Assembly (NCBI GenBank): GCA_963785725.1 | Contig: CAWAWS010000015.1 | Location: 224,001 to 288,000, forward strand | Source: an uncultured delta proteobacterium | GTDB taxonomy: Bacteria; Myxococcota_A; Polyangia; Palsa-1104 | DNA: 64,000 bases | Direction: 5' to 3' | Shown: positions 62,871-64,000 of the stretch, piece after piece | Layout of the letters: every line of letters starts with the position of its first letter | How positions within the stretch are numbered: the stretch's first letter is position 1 | Notes under the pieces: generated by a model | Databases searched by the model: none | Told to the model about the DNA's origin: nothing | The model's input: only the letters and a program-made list of their open reading frames with translations | Program-made: the position numbers and the translations under genes

Positions 62871-63544
62871 GCGACAGGCTCATCGTCGCGCTCGATCATC
62901 CGAACGCGGCGACGGCGTTGGCGCAGGTCGATCAGCTCGGCGACGTCGTCACGCGCTACAAAGTCGGCCTCGAGCTGTACTTGGCCGAGGGGCGCGCGCT
63001 CGTCGACGATCTGAAGCGGCGTCACAAGCGCATCTTCCTCGACTTGAAGCTGCACGACATTCCGGAGACGGTGCGGCGGGCGGCCGAGATCGTGGCCGAT
63101 TACGGCGTCGAGCTGCTCACGGTGCATGCGTCGGGCGGTCACAAGATGCTGGAAGCGGCTGCCAAAGGCGCCGGCGCGACGAAGGTGCTGGCGGTGACGG
63201 TGTTGACGTCGCTCGACCACGACGACCTCAAGCGCGACTTGTCGGCCGCCGGCTCGACCGAGGCGCTCGTCGTCGCCCGCGCCAAGCTGGCGGAGGCGGC
63301 CGGTTGTGCCGGCGTCATCGCGTCGCCGCTGGAGGCCGCGGCCGTGCGCGCGGTCGTCGGCAAAGGCTTCCTCGTCATCACGCCGGGCGTGCGCTTGGCG
63401 GCGGCCGAGGACGATCAAAAGCGCGTCGCCACGCCAGCCGCGGCGCGCGCCGCCGGCGCCGACGCCGTCGTCGTCGGCCGGCCGATTCGCGACGCCGCCG
63501 ACCGCCGAGCGGCCGCCGAGCGCTTCGTCCGCGAGCTCGCGTAA
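62867..63544 (+). CDS. pyrF: Orotidine-5'-phosphate decarboxylase
   Basis: LIVALD, FLDLKLHDIPETV, VTVLTS, TPGVR, VVGRPI. Confidence 0.97.
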   Translation: MSDRLIVALDHPNAATALAQVDQLGDVVTRYKVGLELYLAEGRALVDDLKRRHKRIFLDLKLHDIPETVRRAAEIVADYGVELLTVHASGGHKMLEAAAKGAGATKVLAVTVLTSLDHDDLKRDLSAAGSTEALVVARAKLAEAAGCAGVIASPLEAAAVRAVVGKGFLVITPGVRLAAAEDDQKRVATPAAARAAGADAVVVGRPIRDAADRRAAAERFVRELA

Positions 63545-64000
63545 GTGGCCGGCGCGCGCGTCGTTTACGGCGTCCATCCGGTGCGCGAAGCGCTGCGATC
63601 GGGGCGCGTGCAGGCGCTCTTCGTCGCCGAAGGCGAGAGCGGCCCGGCCATCAAGGAGATCCTCGACGCCGCGCGCGGCGCCAACGTGCAGCCGGTCTTC
63701 CACGGTCGCGCCCAGCTCGACGAGCTGGCCGAGCGGGGCGTGCATCAAGGGCTCGTCGCCATCGTCGGTGAGTACAACTTCGCGCAGCTGGACGAGCTGC
63801 AGCACGTGGCGCGCAAGCTCGGTGAGCCGCCGCTCATCGTCGTCCTCGACAGCGTGCAAGATCCGCAGAACCTGGGCGCGCTCGTGCGCACGGCGCACGT
63901 CGCCGGCGCGCACGGCATCGTCATCCCCAAAGATCGCGCCGTCGGCGTGACACCGACCGTCGTCAAGGCGTCGGCGGGCGCCACCGAGCACCTCAAGATC
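63545..64000 (+). CDS. rlmB: 23S rRNA Gm2251 methyltransferase RlmB (3'-truncated)
   Basis: YGVHPVREAL, HQG, LDSVQDPQNLGA, KASAGA. Confidence 0.9.
   Translation, partial: MAGARVVYGVHPVREALRSGRVQALFVAEGESGPAIKEILDAARGANVQPVFHGRAQLDELAERGVHQGLVAIVGEYNFAQLDELQHVARKLGEPPLIVVLDSVQDPQNLGALVRTAHVAGAHGIVIPKDRAVGVTPTVVKASAGATEHLKI

Overview
Very GC-rich bacterial chromosomal DNA. The many Cys-rich lipoproteins, the TonB_C-fused receptor and the RdgC-like pair suggest a myxobacterium (Myxococcota); this is an inference. No rRNA, tRNA, CRISPR array, transposase or prophage was seen. From left to right: (1) a 1182-aa repeat protein with a Flp/Tad prepilin-like N-terminus and a sigma54-type promoter; (2) glnII and a stand-alone family-B DNA polymerase; (3) a Fur-boxed imelysin / di-heme protein / imelysin / TonB receptor / HTTM operon; (4) a GH43 lipoprotein, an RdgC-like pair and an aldo-keto reductase; (5) a 10-gene envelope cluster (PstS-like protein, OprP-like porin, ExbBD-TonB, TonB_C-fused receptor, lipoproteins, PhoB/OmpR-like regulator); (6) a beta-propeller lipoprotein with CxxCH and a START protein; (7) a 14-kb B12 block with three different acyl-CoA mutases (MeaA/Ecm, IcmF, MutAB), two free MeaB GTPases and a BtuF-like protein with no signal peptide; (8) assorted small genes, including a tandem duplication that left a yoaK remnant; (9) core genes (LpoA-like, proS, pyrF, rlmB). 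A ~140-155 bp MITE-like element occurs twice in full and once as a solo end. Many genes carry frameshifts, concentrated at 36.9-47.7 kb. These are most likely long-read assembly errors, so genes are reported as reconstructed units.
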